From contig CM082582.2 in the NCBI GenBank assembly GCA_040954595.2, forward strand, positions 11,523,483 through 11,587,482: 64,000 nucleotides of DNA. Reading direction: 5' to 3'. The notes beneath the pieces were generated by a model. The model did no database searches. It was not told the DNA's origin and saw only the letters and a list, made by a program, of their open reading frames with translations. Positions within the stretch are counted from its first letter, which is position 1, and each line of letters starts with the position of its first letter. Positions 62,401 through 64,000 of this stretch are shown piece after piece. Origin of the DNA: Balanoglossus misakiensis (taxonomy: Eukaryota; Animalia; Hemichordata). The position numbers were made by a program, and so were the translations under genes.

Positions 62401-64000
62401 CCATGGTTTTTATCAAAAATCGACGAAATTTCGAAATTCCGGGAAGTCGAAAAATTGTCATTTCTGGGTGATTTTCATGAGCTATAACCCATGGTTTTTA
62501 TCAAAAATCGACGAAATTCGAAATTCCGGGAAGACGAAAAATTGTCATTTCTGGGTGATTTTCATGAGCTATAACCCATGGTTTTTATCAAAAATCGACG
62601 AAATTTCGAAATTCCGGGAAGTCGAAAAATTGTCATTTCTGGGTGATTTTCATGAGCTATAACCCATGGTTTTTATCAAAAATCGACGAAATTTCGAAAT
62701 TCCGGGAAGTCGAAAAATTGTCATTTCTGGGTGATTTTCATGAGCTATAACCCATGGTTTTTATCAAAAATCGACGAAATTTCGAAATTCCGGGAAGTCG
62801 AAAAATTGTCATTTCTGGGTGATTTTCATGAGCTATAACCCATGGTTTTTATCAAAAATCGACGAAATTTCGAAATTCCGGGAAGTCGAAAAATTGTCAT
62901 TTCTGGGTGATTTTCATGAGCTATAACCCATGGTTTTTATCAAAAATCGACGAAATTTCGAAATTCCGGGAAGTCGAAAAATTGTCATTTCTGGGTGATT
63001 TTCATGAGCTATAACCCATGGTTTTTATCAAAAATCGACGAAAATTTCGAAATTCCGGGAAGTCGAAAAATTGTCATTTCTGGGTGATTTTCATGTGCTA
63101 TAACCCATGGTTTTTATCAAAAATCGACGAAATTTCGAAATTCCGGGAAGTCGAAAAATTGTCATTTCTGGGTGATTTTCATGAGCTATAACCCATGGTT
63201 TTTATCAAAAATCGACGAAATTTCGAAATTCCGGGAAGTCGAAAAATTGTCATTTCTGGGTGATTTTCATGAGCTATAACCCATGGTTTTTATCAAAAAT
63301 CGACGAAATTTCGAAATTCCGGGAAGTCGAAAAATTGTCATTTCTGGGTGATTTTCATGAGCTATAACCCATGGTTTTTATCAAAAATCGACGAAATTTC
63401 GAAATTCCGGGAAGTCGAAAAATTGTCATTTCTGGGTGATTTTCATGAGCTATAACCCATGGTTTTTATCAAAAATCGACGAAATTTCGAAATTCCGGGA
63501 AGTCGAAAAATTGTCATTTCTGGGTGATTTTCATGAGCTATAACCCATGGTTTTTATCAAAAATCGACGAAATTTCGAAATTCCGGGAAGTCGAAAAATT
63601 GTCATTTCTGGGTGATTTTCATGAGCTATAACCCATGGTTTTTATCAAAAATCGACGAAATTTCGAAATTGCGGGAAGTCGAAAAATTGTCATTTCTGGG
63701 TGATTTTCATGAGCTATAACCCATGGTTTTTATCAAAAATCGACGAAATTTCGAAATTCCGGGAAGTCGAAAAATTGTCATTTCTGGGTGATTTTCATGA
63801 GCTATAACCCATGGTTTTTATCAAAAATCGACGAAATTTCGAAATTCCGGGAAGTCGAAAAATTGTCATTTCTGGGTGATTTTCATGAGCTATAACCCAT
63901 GGTTTTTATCAAAAATCGACGAAATTTCGAAATTCCGGGAAGTCGAAAAATTGTCATTTCTGGGTGATTTTCATGAGCTATAACCCATGGTTTTTATCAA
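53466..64000 (+). repeat. 88-bp tandem satellite array, ~120 copies, truncated by the window end
   Basis: Unit GGGTGATTTTCATGAGCTATAACCCATGGTTTTTATCAAAAATCGACGAAATTTCGAAATTCCGGGAAGTCGAAAAATTGTCATTTCT (88 nt); identical register at 53501 and 53941 (5 x 88); only sporadic substitutions and 1-nt homopolymer indels. Confidence 0.99.

Noticed and set aside
53466-64000. CRISPR array or coding repeats (MIFMSYNPWF... ORFs)
   Set aside because: Units are contiguous with no unique spacers; the ORFs are translations of an 88-nt repeat that appear only where 1-nt indels shift frame.

Overview
Eukaryotic (metazoan, probably marine invertebrate deuterostome; inferred) genomic DNA with spliceosomal introns, so the ORF track mostly shows exon fragments. 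Left to right: (1) two tandem paralogous type-I membrane protein genes with three CUB domains each (gene 1 is 5'-truncated by the window; gene 2 adds an LDL-receptor class A module), both ending in PPxY-containing cytoplasmic tails; (2) a complete 20-coding-exon RNF31/HOIP gene (PUB, B-box, zinc fingers, UBA, RBR, LDD; ~1689 aa) with an optional in-frame 148-aa P/Q/H-rich segment; (3) a two-exon, strongly divergent FoxQ1-related forkhead gene on the minus strand, head-to-head (~8.7 kb apart) with (4) a canonical intronless FoxQ1; (5) an ~18.7 kb region without supportable coding sequence; (6) a highly homogeneous 88-bp tandem satellite (~120 copies, running off the window) whose left edge is a diverged inverted monomer and whose unit carries a perfect STAT-type TTCCGGGAA site. 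The most interesting items are the divergent Fox paralog paired with FoxQ1, the optional HOIP segment, and the structure of the satellite. All exon models were built by eye from splice motifs and phase compatibility; no database search or RNA data was available.
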